From positions 120,001-152,000 of the forward strand of contig NZ_KK211037.1 in the NCBI RefSeq assembly GCF_000619845.1: a DNA stretch of 32,000 nucleotides. Reading direction: 5' to 3'. Origin of the DNA: Alkanindiges illinoisensis DSM 15370. Lineage in GTDB: Bacteria > Pseudomonadota > Gammaproteobacteria > Pseudomonadales > Moraxellaceae. The notes beneath the pieces were generated by a model. It saw only the letters and a program-made list of their open reading frames with translations, ran no database searches and was not told the origin of the DNA. Both the position numbers and the translations under genes were made by a program. This document shows, in pieces, positions 17,071-26,659 of the stretch (position 1 is its first letter; the number at the start of each line of letters is the position of its first letter).

Positions 17071-17640
17071 TCATTCCTGCGCTGGAGCAGCCGGACAATG
17101 CTGCGGGTTAAATGCCTCGGACAACAGCACAAACTGATTGCGGTTTTGCAAAATCAGCCGGAATGAAATGTATTTTTGCACAAAAATCTGGCGGATTTCC
17201 GGGGTATAGGTGTTGCAGATAATGTCCTGAAAATGACGTGATACATAATTGGCCGTATTGTTGCCATCGGCATACTGAAAATCGTTAAGCTGGTTATCGG
17301 TATAGGTAAAGCTGATCTGATTGTGGCCATGCTTGGCAATGTCCGGCAGATTAACGTCTTTGGCATCCGTCATTTTTGCCAGTGCCTTATGCTGGTTTAA
17401 ATACGCCAGAATGTCTTCAAAAGAAGCTGGCAAAGCAGAGGCTACATTCGGATTGCTGGCATTGGCCTTTGATGCAGTTGCGCTGTCCACAGGGTCCACC
17501 GGGACAGGAGACACAGCCTGTTTATGAGAAGAGCTGGCCATTGGCCAAAATGCCTTGAGCAGTGCAAAGGGAATCAAGGCAAGCACTGCCGCCACCAGCA
17601 CATAGCGCCGAACATCCATATTCTTAACGGTTTGCAGCAT
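17071..17640 (-). CDS. hypothetical N-terminally anchored/exported protein
   Basis: 189 aa. Hydrophobic anchor YVLVAAVLALIPFALL, a Pro/Ala/Ser linker, then a ~110-aa domain with two Cys. No family recognised. The start is uncertain (ATG 17640 or 17619). Confidence 0.5.
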   Translation of the reverse strand: MLQTVKNMDVRRYVLVAAVLALIPFALLKAFWPMASSSHKQAVSPVPVDPVDSATASKANASNPNVASALPASFEDILAYLNQHKALAKMTDAKDVNLPDIAKHGHNQISFTYTDNQLNDFQYADGNNTANYVSRHFQDIICNTYTPEIRQIFVQKYISFRLILQNRNQFVLLSEAFNPQHCPAAPAQE

Positions 17641-17736
17641 AATCAGGCTGCCCTGTAGGAAGATGGCTTAACATGACAAAATTACAGCACGCCGTCCAGT
17701 AGGCGAGCCTTAATTTTTTAATCCATTGATTAAAAG

Positions 17737-19008
17737 CTATTTTTTAGTGGGCGTTGCACCCTGCCAGCGACTGTCCTGCAAGCGGGCAGTTTCCTGTTCA
17801 CGCGCATTTTGTGCCGGGTTATAAAACCGCTTGCCCTGCAATTCAGGGGGTAAATAAGTTTGCGCTACAAAATGATTGGGGAAATCATGCGCATATTTAT
17901 AACCCGCGCCATAACCCTGCTGCTTCATCATTTTGGTTGGGGCATTGCGCAAATGCAGCGGTACAGGTAAATGTGAGGTTTTTTCAGCAGCAGCCAGCGC
18001 TGCATCAATGGCCAGATAGGTGCTATTACTTTTGGCACTGGTGGCCAGATACACTGCCGTTTGCCCCAGAATAATCCGGCATTCGGGATAACCGATGGCC
18101 TGCACTGCGCGAAAGCATTCACCGGCCAGCAACAGGGCATTCGGATTGGCATTGCCAATGTCTTCACTGGCCAGAATCAGCATACGGCGTGCAATAAATA
18201 CCGGGTCTTCACCACCCTTGATCATGCGTGCCATCCAGTACAGTGCGCCATCTGGGTCACTACCGCGCATGGATTTAATAAACGCCGACACAATGTCATA
18301 GTGCTGCTCGCCACTTTTGTCATAGCGGGCAATATTTTGCTGGGCGCTGTTAATCACCAAATCATTGTCAATAATAATCGGTTCAACCGCCTGTGTGCTA
18401 ATCACCAGTTCCAGCAGATTCAGCAGCTTGCGCGCATCCCCAGCCGCCAGTTGCAGCAGGGCATCAGTTTGTTTTAGCTCGATGGTTTTTTCTTTTAAAA
18501 AGGCATCCTGTGTGAGTGCCCGCTGGATCACCTGCAATTGTTCTTCAACCGTTAGCGATTCCAGCACATAGACCTGACAGCGCGACAGCAATGCACTATT
18601 TACTTCAAATGACGGATTTTCAGTGGTGGCGCCAATTAAGGTAATCTTGCCTTTTTCCACCGCCGCCAGCAGCGCATCCTGCTGTGACTTGTTAAAGCGA
18701 TGGATTTCATCAATAAACACCACTGGCGTGCTGAGTTCGCCACCCTGACCAATCAGCTCGCGCAATTCCTTCACGCCGGTACTAATGGCGGACAGGCTAA
18801 TAAATGGCCGGTCTACCGCTTCGGCCAGCAATAAAGCCAGCGTGGTTTTGCCGACGCCCGGTGGCCCCCAGAAAATCATGGACGGCAGGTTGCCCTGATC
18901 AATCATCTTGCGCAAGGGCGCCTGTTCGCTTAGCAGGTGTTGCTGGCCAATCACTTCAGACAACTGGCGAGGACGGATGCGTTCGGGCAGGGGAATAGCT
19001 GGGTTCAT
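17737..19008 (-). CDS. rarA: replication-associated recombination protein A (AAA+ ATPase RarA/MgsA)
   Basis: [21 protein letters not shown], Walker [14 protein letters not shown], Walker [71 protein letters not shown] 19008 is preferred over the TTG 19068 track start. Confidence 0.92.
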   Translation of the reverse strand: MNPAIPLPERIRPRQLSEVIGQQHLLSEQAPLRKMIDQGNLPSMIFWGPPGVGKTTLALLLAEAVDRPFISLSAISTGVKELRELIGQGGELSTPVVFIDEIHRFNKSQQDALLAAVEKGKITLIGATTENPSFEVNSALLSRCQVYVLESLTVEEQLQVIQRALTQDAFLKEKTIELKQTDALLQLAAGDARKLLNLLELVISTQAVEPIIIDNDLVINSAQQNIARYDKSGEQHYDIVSAFIKSMRGSDPDGALYWMARMIKGGEDPVFIARRMLILASEDIGNANPNALLLAGECFRAVQAIGYPECRIILGQTAVYLATSAKSNSTYLAIDAALAAAEKTSHLPVPLHLRNAPTKMMKQQGYGAGYKYAHDFPNHFVAQTYLPPELQGKRFYNPAQNAREQETARLQDSRWQGATPTKK

Positions 19009-19143
19009 AATGGTAATTTGAATTAATTTATAGTCAATCATAACCAATTTTAAAGGGCTGTCAGCCAAAGCCCGCTAAAAATGATGATGAGTTGCGTAGA
19101 ATTTAAGTATCTGGTTTTAAAAAGAAGTAAATGGTCAGAGAAT

Positions 19144-19467
19144 TTAAGGATGCTGAATCCGATACAATTTTAGGGCAATGAGGGTGAGCGCCAGCCAGAA
19201 AATATAGGAAATAATAAAATTAGTTAAAACAAACTCATCCAGATGAATAAACAAAAGATTAAATGGATTCATTGACACACTGCCCACTGGAGAAATAATA
19301 CCATCCACGACATACGGCATGGGAAAACCTGCTGCTGCAACCTGACAGCCCTGTTCACAGTCCATTGTACCGGGACGGCTAATTTGTACTTGTGTAGGAA
19401 CCAGCAGGGACAAATAGGTGAGTAATAATGCAACCAGCATCTGTAGAATGAGTTTAAATTTTTTCAT
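19144..19467 (-). CDS. hypothetical small membrane protein
   Basis: 107 aa. N-terminal signal/TM MKKFKLILQMLVALLLTYLSLLV and C-terminal TM IISYIFWLALTLIALKL. Very AT-rich coding sequence. No family recognised. Confidence 0.45.
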   Translation of the reverse strand: MKKFKLILQMLVALLLTYLSLLVPTQVQISRPGTMDCEQGCQVAAAGFPMPYVVDGIISPVGSVSMNPFNLLFIHLDEFVLTNFIISYIFWLALTLIALKLYRIQHP

Positions 19468-19566
19468 GTGGTCTCTATATTAATTAGGCTAAACATAGCA
19501 ACTATTATTGCGCTGTGCTGATAAATCAACAGGATAAATATTTCTTAAGATATACTGGGTAAAATA

Positions 19567-20424
19567 TTAAAACGAATCGTTAAAATAAAAATCACAATCA
19601 AGAATTAAGCCCAATTTTGCTAATCGTTCAATGGTCTGTGCCGGAAAAAAACGTTTATGTGGATTGCTCATATAACCTGAGGCTGTAATGCCAAATTCAA
19701 TATGATAATCCTGCGCCATTTGCCAAAGTTGTGCCTGCTGGCTTTCTAATAAATTTAATAAGGCTTCTACATGCTCAACAATGCAGGCAGTTGCTGGCAG
19801 ACCGGATTTAATTTCAATTCTACTGATGGTTTGATAGATCGGTTGCTGGCGCACAGGATCATAGCGTTTGATATCCCCTTTGCTATATTGTTTTTCACTG
19901 GGCAGGTTAATCAGGGCTTGCAACTGTTCACTGTGATATAAGGCAGAGCTAATGTAAAAACTGGCTTGTTCACCGGCCTGATGCGGGATTAAAGCAGGTG
20001 TCAAAACTCTGGTATAGGGAAAGTCATGACCATCATCCGCATCTTGGTAACCATGCACATGCAATGCTGTATTTAACCGTGCCAAAAGCCGGATATTTTC
20101 ACGGCTTAGATAAAAGCCTGCATTCTGGGAGTTTGCACCATGCGTCACCACATGCAGGGTACGCTGTAAGGTAGCAGGCATAGTGTTGAGTGTGACCGTA
20201 AGATGTTTTAGGGAAGCCCACCAGAATTCAGCGTTATCCAGTTCCAGCAAACCCAGATTAATCCGGATACACATGCACTCAAACTGATAACGGTCTTCGG
20301 CAATTTCTCCAGCATTCCATCCTTCTGCCCGTCGTAATTGATAGTGTTCAATCAGTTGTAAGGCATCCCCTTCGCCCGTAATCGTGAGGTAACCATATTG
20401 ATAAGCCAGCTGATTGTCTGACAT
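19567..20424 (-). CDS. hypothetical protein, apparently two tandem DUF4279-like modules
   Basis: 285 aa. The second half (ASFYISS...LINLPSEKQYSKGD...IVEHVEALLNLLESQQ...IEFGITASG...TIERLAKLGLILDCDFYF) follows the DUF4279 layout as I remember it. The first half ends similarly (NAGFYLSRENIRLLARLNTALHVHGY). AT-rich relative to its neighbours. Confidence 0.5.
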   Translation of the reverse strand: MSDNQLAYQYGYLTITGEGDALQLIEHYQLRRAEGWNAGEIAEDRYQFECMCIRINLGLLELDNAEFWWASLKHLTVTLNTMPATLQRTLHVVTHGANSQNAGFYLSRENIRLLARLNTALHVHGYQDADDGHDFPYTRVLTPALIPHQAGEQASFYISSALYHSEQLQALINLPSEKQYSKGDIKRYDPVRQQPIYQTISRIEIKSGLPATACIVEHVEALLNLLESQQAQLWQMAQDYHIEFGITASGYMSNPHKRFFPAQTIERLAKLGLILDCDFYFNDSF

Positions 20425-20471
20425 CTTATTATCCTTAAGGAAATTATTGTTTTTTATGAGTGATGCAAAAA

Positions 20472-20921
20472 CTAGCGTACCCAGCGCACGACATATTCCT
20501 CAATGTCATCGGGGTCAATATCGTGTTCGGAAATACAGCGCCCAGCCGCAGACTTTTTGGCAGGAATATCCGATTGCGCCTTGCCGGTAATTAGCGGATG
20601 CCAGTCCGGCAAATCCAGCCCCAGTTGCACGCGCTTATAACCACAGCTTGCCGGTAGCCAGTTCAGTTGCGGCACCAGTTCAGGGGTGAGTTGCAGGCAA
20701 TCCGGCACGAACTGCTTACGGTTGGCGTAGTTGCTGCACTGCGCCGTTTTTGTATCCAGTAGCTGGCAGGCCACTTTGGTATACACCACTTGTCCGCTGT
20801 CTTCATCTTCCAGCTTGACCAGGCAGCATAATCCACAGCCATCACACAGTGCTTCCCACTCGGCAGCATTTAACTGCTCAAGCGAATAATGCTTCCAGAA
20901 CTGCGAACGAAGTAGGGACAT
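20472..20921 (-). CDS. ycgN: YcgN-family cysteine-cluster protein (UPF0260)
   Basis: FWKHYSLEQLNAAEWEALCDGCGLCCLVKLEDEDSGQVVYTKVACQLLD...CSNYANR...PDC..LTP...WLP.SCGY and DLPDWHPLITG match UPF0260. Confidence 0.85.
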   Translation of the reverse strand: MSLLRSQFWKHYSLEQLNAAEWEALCDGCGLCCLVKLEDEDSGQVVYTKVACQLLDTKTAQCSNYANRKQFVPDCLQLTPELVPQLNWLPASCGYKRVQLGLDLPDWHPLITGKAQSDIPAKKSAAGRCISEHDIDPDDIEEYVVRWVR

Positions 20922-20999
20922 GGCTGGTGCTAAAAAACAAGTGATAGGATGAAAGCACAGTATAACATAGCCTTAATTGGGCCAACTTACCTCTCTTAT

Positions 21000-21563
21000 T
21001 TAATCACGCAGCACTTGCCCGGTAACAATATCCCTGATTTTGCTGGGGGCAGTACTTTGACCCAGTGGCCCATCTAGCACAGCCAGTTGCTCACCAAAAT
21101 AATTTACAATCTCTGTGCGGTTTTTGGCAGGTTGCAACCCTGCCGGATTGGCACTAGTGGAGACAATGGCCCCGCCAAAGCCATTGCAAAGTTGACGTAC
21201 CACTGGATGCGTGGTTACGCGAATAGCCACACGGTCATGCTGGCCGCTGATCCATGCAGGTACGGCTTGCGTTAACGGCACCAGCCAGGTGCTGGCCTGC
21301 TCTTGTTCAGTAATATCCCAGGATTGCTGCATTTGGGCAATTTGTGCTGCACTCAAACCTGTCAAAAACGGTTCAGCCTGTTCAAGGCTGGCCGCAATCA
21401 AAATTACGCCTTTTTCGATAGGACGATTTTTCAGCTGTAGAATTTGCTCAAAGGCTTGCTGGTTATAGGGATCACAGCCCAGTCCCCATACGGCTTCAGT
21501 GGGATAAGCCAGCACCTGCCCGTTATTAAGGGTTTGAATCGCCTGTGAGAGATCAAGCTGCAT
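21000..21563 (-). CDS. tsaC: L-threonylcarbamoyladenylate synthase type 1 (YrdC/TsaC)
   Basis: 187 aa. VLAYPTEAVWGLGCDPYNQQAFEQILQLKNRPIEKGVILIAAS and IVSTSANPAG are YrdC-domain signatures. Sits downstream of dprA as in pseudomonads. Confidence 0.9.
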   Translation of the reverse strand: MQLDLSQAIQTLNNGQVLAYPTEAVWGLGCDPYNQQAFEQILQLKNRPIEKGVILIAASLEQAEPFLTGLSAAQIAQMQQSWDITEQEQASTWLVPLTQAVPAWISGQHDRVAIRVTTHPVVRQLCNGFGGAIVSTSANPAGLQPAKNRTEIVNYFGEQLAVLDGPLGQSTAPSKIRDIVTGQVLRD

Positions 21564-21736
21564 GATAAGTACCTTGCTTATTTTAATATTGGCTATTTTA
21601 AATAAGACTGGTTATAAAAGATAAGATGGCGCTTGCAGAATTTAAAGCGGTTCTCGTTGGTGTATCACCTTTTTTTATAGAAGCGTGCAAAGACGCTACA
21701 CAGATATTACTCAATATAAAATATTAGCTTAAAAAT

Positions 21737-22999
21737 CTATTGGCGACAGCGCTGGTATAAGCCGCCTTGCTGCACTGCAAAACCCAGCAATTCCATTTCC
21801 ATCAGGTGGCTGGTGAGTGTAGCCACATCAATACTGCTGCTATCGACCAGATCATCCAGACTGATGCCCACCCAGTCCAGTGCCTGATAAACCGGTTGTA
21901 AATGCGCTGGAAGCTCCAGGGTAGACGGAGCGGTAGACAAAACAGCACGGGACGCCATTGACGTAACTGGCTCAATGCTACTGTCTGGAAAGAGGGCGTT
22001 GGAATCATTTTGTGCAGGATTGTTGTCAGTGAGCGTCGTGGTTTGCTGATTTTGAACGTGATGTTGTTCCTGGCCCTGTTCCTGATGATGCCAGCGGCGT
22101 GGCAAATCCAGTTCATCTACAATTTGCTGCGGATCATCAACCAGCAGGGCGCCTTCACGGATAAGCTGATGGCAGCCCCGGCTTTGTTCATTATAAATAT
22201 GGCCGGGAATGGCAAACACCTGTCGGTTTTGTTCCAGTGCGTTTTGTGCGGTAATTAATGAGCCGCTTTTCAGTGCAGCCTCAACCACCAGCACACCCAG
22301 TGATAAACCGCTGACAATTCGATTACGCTTTGGAAAATGATAGTCACGGGCTGGGGTGTTGGGCATGAGTTCAGAAATCACCGCCCCGCCAGATTCTATA
22401 ATTTGCCAGTACAAGGCCTGATTGGCGCTGGGATAACACAGATTAATACCCGTACCCATTACGGCAATGGTCTGGCCCTGACCTGCCTGCAATGCACCCC
22501 GATGCGCACTGGCATCAATGCCGTGTGCCAAACCACTGGTGATCACAAAACCCTGCTGTGCCAGCGCATGGGCAAACTGGGCCGCAATCTGGTGGCCAGT
22601 TTGGCTGGGTTTGCGACTGCCCACCATGGCGATTTGCGGCTGATTCAGCTGGTGAATATTGCCGCGCACAAACAAAAAAGCTGGTGGGTCAGGAATATGC
22701 TTGAGTTGCTTGGGATAATGAAGATCATTTAGTGCTAAGACATGATCCTGCACATGATTCAGGCTGCGAATGGCTTGTTCAAATTGGGTGGCAAACGCGG
22801 GATTTTGCTGCCATTCCTGTAGCTTTTTGGGATGGGCATGATGCAGCCGTAAGGATTGCCATGTGGTTGTAGCAGCACGCAAGGCTTTATCGGCACTACC
22901 AAAATGTAGCATGAGCGCCTTAAAGGCGCTCACGGAATGCTGAACCACAAACCACAGGGCCAGCTCATCAACCAGTCGCTGCGACCAGTGAATTGCCAT
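21737..22999 (-). CDS. dprA: DNA-processing protein DprA (Smf)
   Basis: IAMVGSRKPSQTGHQIA...GFVITSGLAHGIDASAHRGAL...TIAVMGTGINLCYPSAN...FPKRNRIVSGLSLGVLVVEAALKSGSLITAQNALEQNRQVFAIPG. A Q/H/N-rich linker precedes the C-terminal winged-helix-like domain. Confidence 0.92.
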   Translation of the reverse strand: MAIHWSQRLVDELALWFVVQHSVSAFKALMLHFGSADKALRAATTTWQSLRLHHAHPKKLQEWQQNPAFATQFEQAIRSLNHVQDHVLALNDLHYPKQLKHIPDPPAFLFVRGNIHQLNQPQIAMVGSRKPSQTGHQIAAQFAHALAQQGFVITSGLAHGIDASAHRGALQAGQGQTIAVMGTGINLCYPSANQALYWQIIESGGAVISELMPNTPARDYHFPKRNRIVSGLSLGVLVVEAALKSGSLITAQNALEQNRQVFAIPGHIYNEQSRGCHQLIREGALLVDDPQQIVDELDLPRRWHHQEQGQEQHHVQNQQTTTLTDNNPAQNDSNALFPDSSIEPVTSMASRAVLSTAPSTLELPAHLQPVYQALDWVGISLDDLVDSSSIDVATLTSHLMEMELLGFAVQQGGLYQRCRQ

Positions 23000-23012
23000 G
23001 ATTTAGCCCTGT

Positions 23013-24245
23013 TTAAAGCTGGTCGCTAATATCGCCCAGTGGCGAGCGAATTTCATCATCTGCCTTAATGGGCAGCTCGCTTTCCAGCACAATCGCATAG
23101 CTCACCCGGTTAAACGAGCGGAAAATCATGGCCAGGCCAGTGCGTTCACTGGGGAGCTGGATTTTTTCACCGGTTTTGGGATCAGTCGTAATCTCACCAC
23201 GCTTGTACACGGCAAATACCTGACCCGGCGCAGCCCCATCGGCTGTTCCACGGTCAAGCGCAATCACACTGTTTTTGCCAGCAGAACTAATGGAATCCAG
23301 AACGCGGATGACCCGGCCACCGCTGGCGACCTGATCCGGCTGAATCGGATAAAATGTATTAGGCAGTGGCGTGGTGTCTTCCAGCATCACCCGGTCGCCC
23401 TTGCGTACTTCACCATCAAAGCTGCGGGTTAGTTCAATGGTGGCAATATCACCATTAATGGCCGTAATCGTACCGGAAGCCACCTGACTCAGCTCACGCC
23501 CCAGATTTTCGACCACTTTATTGTTGCGGGTGACCACATAATCGGTGCCTTCGCGATAGACACCATACTGCTGGCCAATCACCAGGCCTTGTCCACGTAC
23601 ATAAACCGACTGGCCAACGGCTGCAATCACGCGATTATCGCGGTTGCCCAGAACATATGGCGTGCCTTCAATCTCGTCAAGGGTGACCACACGGCTGTGC
23701 TTAAGCCAGTGTTGAATGCTGGACAGGGAAATAATTGGGATCGCCAGATCCAGTGATTGCACGCGAATCTGTGGTTCCAGCTTGACTACCGGCAGGCCAG
23801 TATCGCTCATGCGGCGTTCAATTCCGGCACAGCCATCCCCTTCATCACGGCCCACCACGGTACGGCCATTGATCAGGCAGATTAGCAGGCGGTCACCCGG
23901 ATAAATCCAGTGCGGATTTTTAACATGACGGTTCACGGCCCAGATTTCCGGCCAGCGCCATGGCTTGCTTAAATAACGGCCAGCAATATCCCACAGGGTA
24001 TCGCCTTTTTTGACAATATAAACACTGGGTGCATTAACGCGCAGGCTAGGCGGTGTGCGATTGGGTGAATCAGCAAAAGCAAAATTCGGGATTGCAAAGG
24101 CAACACCAACGGCCAAGGAAAGCGCCAGTAATCTACTTGTGATTTTGCCAGTAGTTTCGGCAATTTGATGCTGAGTGGCAGCAGGTTGTTGTGATGTTTT
24201 CATGTGCTTGTTAGAGGCCATATTCATGAACAATACTGTTCTCAT
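23013..24245 (-). CDS. LysM peptidoglycan-binding protein, TsaP-like (type IV pilus secretin-associated protein position)
   Basis: Signal peptide LLALSLAVGVAFAIPNFAFA. LysM motif YIVKKGDTLWDIAGRYLSKPWRWPEIWAVN...IYPGDRL. Located between def and dprA, as I recall for Pseudomonas PA0020/TsaP. AGGGA SD before ATG 24245. Confidence 0.8.
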   Translation of the reverse strand: MRTVLFMNMASNKHMKTSQQPAATQHQIAETTGKITSRLLALSLAVGVAFAIPNFAFADSPNRTPPSLRVNAPSVYIVKKGDTLWDIAGRYLSKPWRWPEIWAVNRHVKNPHWIYPGDRLLICLINGRTVVGRDEGDGCAGIERRMSDTGLPVVKLEPQIRVQSLDLAIPIISLSSIQHWLKHSRVVTLDEIEGTPYVLGNRDNRVIAAVGQSVYVRGQGLVIGQQYGVYREGTDYVVTRNNKVVENLGRELSQVASGTITAINGDIATIELTRSFDGEVRKGDRVMLEDTTPLPNTFYPIQPDQVASGGRVIRVLDSISSAGKNSVIALDRGTADGAAPGQVFAVYKRGEITTDPKTGEKIQLPSERTGLAMIFRSFNRVSYAIVLESELPIKADDEIRSPLGDISDQL

Positions 24246-24394
24246 TATGATAATCCCTAATACTGAGCGATGTACTTTGCGCTATACTATAATACTGCAA
24301 GCATAGCCCAATGAAGCGCTCCCCCCGTGACTGGTTTACAATAAGCGTTTATTGAAGCGAAGTCCAGCCGCTTTAACCTGAGAATGAGTACTGC

Positions 24395-24925
24395 ATGGCA
24401 CTTTTACCAATTTTAAATTTTCCGGATCCGCGTTTGCGCACCAAGGCCAAGCCGGTTGATGTGGTTGACGACCAGATCCGCACACTTGCTGCCGACATGC
24501 TGGAAACCATGTATGCGGCGCCGGGTATTGGACTGGCGGCCTCACAGGTAGACCGTCATATCCAGCTGATTGTGATGGACCTGTCGGAAGAAAAAAACCA
24601 GCCGATGGTGTTTATCAATCCCAAAATTACGCCGCTGACCGAAGACACCCAGCCGTATGAGGAAGGTTGTCTGTCGGTGCCGCAGATTTTTGACAAGGTT
24701 GAACGTCCGGCGCGGGTAAAAATTGAGGCGCTGGATCTGGATGGCAAAACTTTTACACTGGAAGCTGATGGCTTGCTGGCGGTATGTATTCAGCATGAAA
24801 TGGATCATCTGGATGGCAAGCTGTTTGTGGATTACCTGTCGCCCTTAAAACGCCAGCGCATCCGTGAAAAAATTGCCAAGGCTGAGCGCATTCGTGAAAA
24901 AGAAAAAGTAAAGGTGCGCCGCTAG
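24395..24925 (+). CDS. def: peptide deformylase
   Basis: All three Def motifs are present: [25 protein letters not shown]. 176 aa. Confidence 0.95.
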   Translation: MALLPILNFPDPRLRTKAKPVDVVDDQIRTLAADMLETMYAAPGIGLAASQVDRHIQLIVMDLSEEKNQPMVFINPKITPLTEDTQPYEEGCLSVPQIFDKVERPARVKIEALDLDGKTFTLEADGLLAVCIQHEMDHLDGKLFVDYLSPLKRQRIREKIAKAERIREKEKVKVRR

Positions 24926-24956
24926 CGCTTCCTCTGGTTTAAACAACATTTAAAAC

Positions 24957-24997
24957 AAGCGCTGCTTTATAGATAGGTTTATAGAGTAGCGCTTTTT
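24957..24997 (+). terminator. Rho-independent terminator after def
   Basis: aagcgctgctttata (24957-24971) pairs with tatagagtagcgctt (24980-24994), a 15-bp stem with two G-U pairs and the loop gataggtt. It runs into ttttt. Confidence 0.65.
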
Positions 24998-25201
24998 AAT
25001 GTATAAATTTTCATTTTTATAACTACAATAAAATCACCTGTAACCTGTTTTCATCAGCTTAATCCATCATCTAATCACTGTTAAATCAACTTATTAAGTA
25101 CCAGTTAAGCCCTGCCATATAGCCGCTTGCGCTAAAATGCTATAGTGCTTGCAGCTATAACAGGGGCTGGCTTATCCCTTCACCGCCATCAGAAGCATGC
25201 T

Positions 25202-26659
25202 ATGAAAAAGAAACGCTATGAAAAACTGGCTGAAGACATTGCCGCACTCATCCATAGTGGCGTGCTTCAGGCGGGTGAGCGCGCACCTTCCATACGCAGT
25301 GCCTGTGCCTCATGGAATGTCAGCCCGGCTACGGTGTTTAAAGCATATTATTTGCTGGAAAGCCGGGGCTTGATTCAGGCGCGGGCAAAGTCGGGCTATT
25401 ATGTACTAGCCCAGCCAAAAGTCGTAGTGTTAACTTCTAATACAGTGACTACGCTATCCAAAAAAAGCGCTGTGGCTGTAAATACCCCAACCATTGTGCA
25501 AGTCAGTGATCTGGTGTTTTCACTACTGGAATCGGTGCGTGACCGCAGTATTGTGCCACTGGGTTCGGCATTTCCCGACCCGGTGCTGTTTCCGGTACAA
25601 CGGCTGGCCAAGTCGGCTGCGCATGCCTTGCGCTTTGTGCAGCCAGAAACTCTGGTAACTGACATGCCGCTTGGGGTGCTGGACTTGCGGCGGCAAATTG
25701 CACAGCGTTATGCCTTGGCGGATGTGTTGCTTTCGCCGGATGAGGTCATGATTACGACCGGAGCGATGGAAGCATTAAATTTATGTTTGCAGGCCGTGAC
25801 CAAGCCCGGTGATTACGTGGCGATAGAATCGCCTGCGTTTTATGCCAGCTTGCAGGTGCTGGAACGCTTGCAGCTTAAGGCCGTGGAAATTCCAGTGGAT
25901 GTACAAGGCATGGATATTGATTTGCTGCAACAGGCCTTGACGCAGTATCCGGTTAAAGCCTGCTGGTTGATGAGCAGCTTTCAAAATCCTACGGGTGCCA
26001 GCCTAAGTGATGCCAAAAAACAGCAACTGGTAGAACTGCTCACCGCGCAGCAAATTCCTTTAATTGAAGATGATGTCTATCACGAATTGTATTTTGGCAA
26101 TGTTGCGCCCAAACCCGTTAAGGCTTTTGACCTTGAGGGCTGGGTGATGCACTGTTCGTCATTTTCCAAATGTCTGGCACCGGGTTATCGGGTAGGCTGG
26201 GTGAGCGCCGGGCGCTTTAGCCAGCAGGTACAGCGCTTAAAACTGATGACCACCATTTCGCCGTCTATTCCAGCGCAAGCTGCACTGGCGGATTATTTAC
26301 AGCATGGCGGTTATGATCGCCATTTGCGCAAATTGCGCCAGCATTTACAGCAGCAGTATCAGGCCATGGTTGAGGCGATTCAACGTCATTTTCCGGCAGA
26401 TACGCAAATTTCTGCACCTGACGGTGGCTATTTTTTGTGGCTCACCTTAAATCCGGCCATCAATAGCTTAAGCCTGTTTCAGCAGGCACTGGCAGCGGGA
26501 ATCAGCATTGCGCCGGGGCCAATGTTCTCAGCCAGCCAGCAGTTTGGTCATTGTCTGCGGCTTAATTATGGGGCACTGGCGCTTGAAGACATTGAGCCTG
26601 CGATTAAAAGGTTGGCTGGATTGATTGAAAGTAAAAAATTAGCAGGAGCTTTCAATTGA
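25202..26659 (+). CDS. MocR-subfamily GntR transcriptional regulator (wHTH + PLP-dependent aminotransferase-like domain)
   Basis: N-terminal GntR wHTH (YEKLAEDIAALIHSGVLQAGERAPSIRSACASWNVSPATVFKAYYLLESRGLIQARAKSGYYV). Class-I aminotransferase fold with PLP lysine motif SSFSKCLAPGYRVGW. ATG 25202 is preferred over GTG 25145. Confidence 0.88.
   Translation: MKKKRYEKLAEDIAALIHSGVLQAGERAPSIRSACASWNVSPATVFKAYYLLESRGLIQARAKSGYYVLAQPKVVVLTSNTVTTLSKKSAVAVNTPTIVQVSDLVFSLLESVRDRSIVPLGSAFPDPVLFPVQRLAKSAAHALRFVQPETLVTDMPLGVLDLRRQIAQRYALADVLLSPDEVMITTGAMEALNLCLQAVTKPGDYVAIESPAFYASLQVLERLQLKAVEIPVDVQGMDIDLLQQALTQYPVKACWLMSSFQNPTGASLSDAKKQQLVELLTAQQIPLIEDDVYHELYFGNVAPKPVKAFDLEGWVMHCSSFSKCLAPGYRVGWVSAGRFSQQVQRLKLMTTISPSIPAQAALADYLQHGGYDRHLRKLRQHLQQQYQAMVEAIQRHFPADTQISAPDGGYFLWLTLNPAINSLSLFQQALAAGISIAPGPMFSASQQFGHCLRLNYGALALEDIEPAIKRLAGLIESKKLAGAFN

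Noticed and set aside
21626-21727. 33-codon plus-strand ORF (MALAEFKAVLVGVSPFFIEACKDATQILLNIKY) in the 173-bp tsaC/dprA spacer
   Set aside because: No convincing SD, opposite orientation to both neighbours, and no recognisable motif. More likely this is the tsaC promoter region.
25093-25109. Third PmrA-box-like element ATTAAG-tacca-GTTAAG upstream of the MocR gene; a similar TTTAAA-tgatg-TTTAAC at 31958-31974
   Set aside because: Each has a mismatch at a defining hexamer position (G at position 1; C at position 6), and TTAA-containing words are abundant in this AT-rich intergenic DNA. Worth including in a regulon scan, but not callable.
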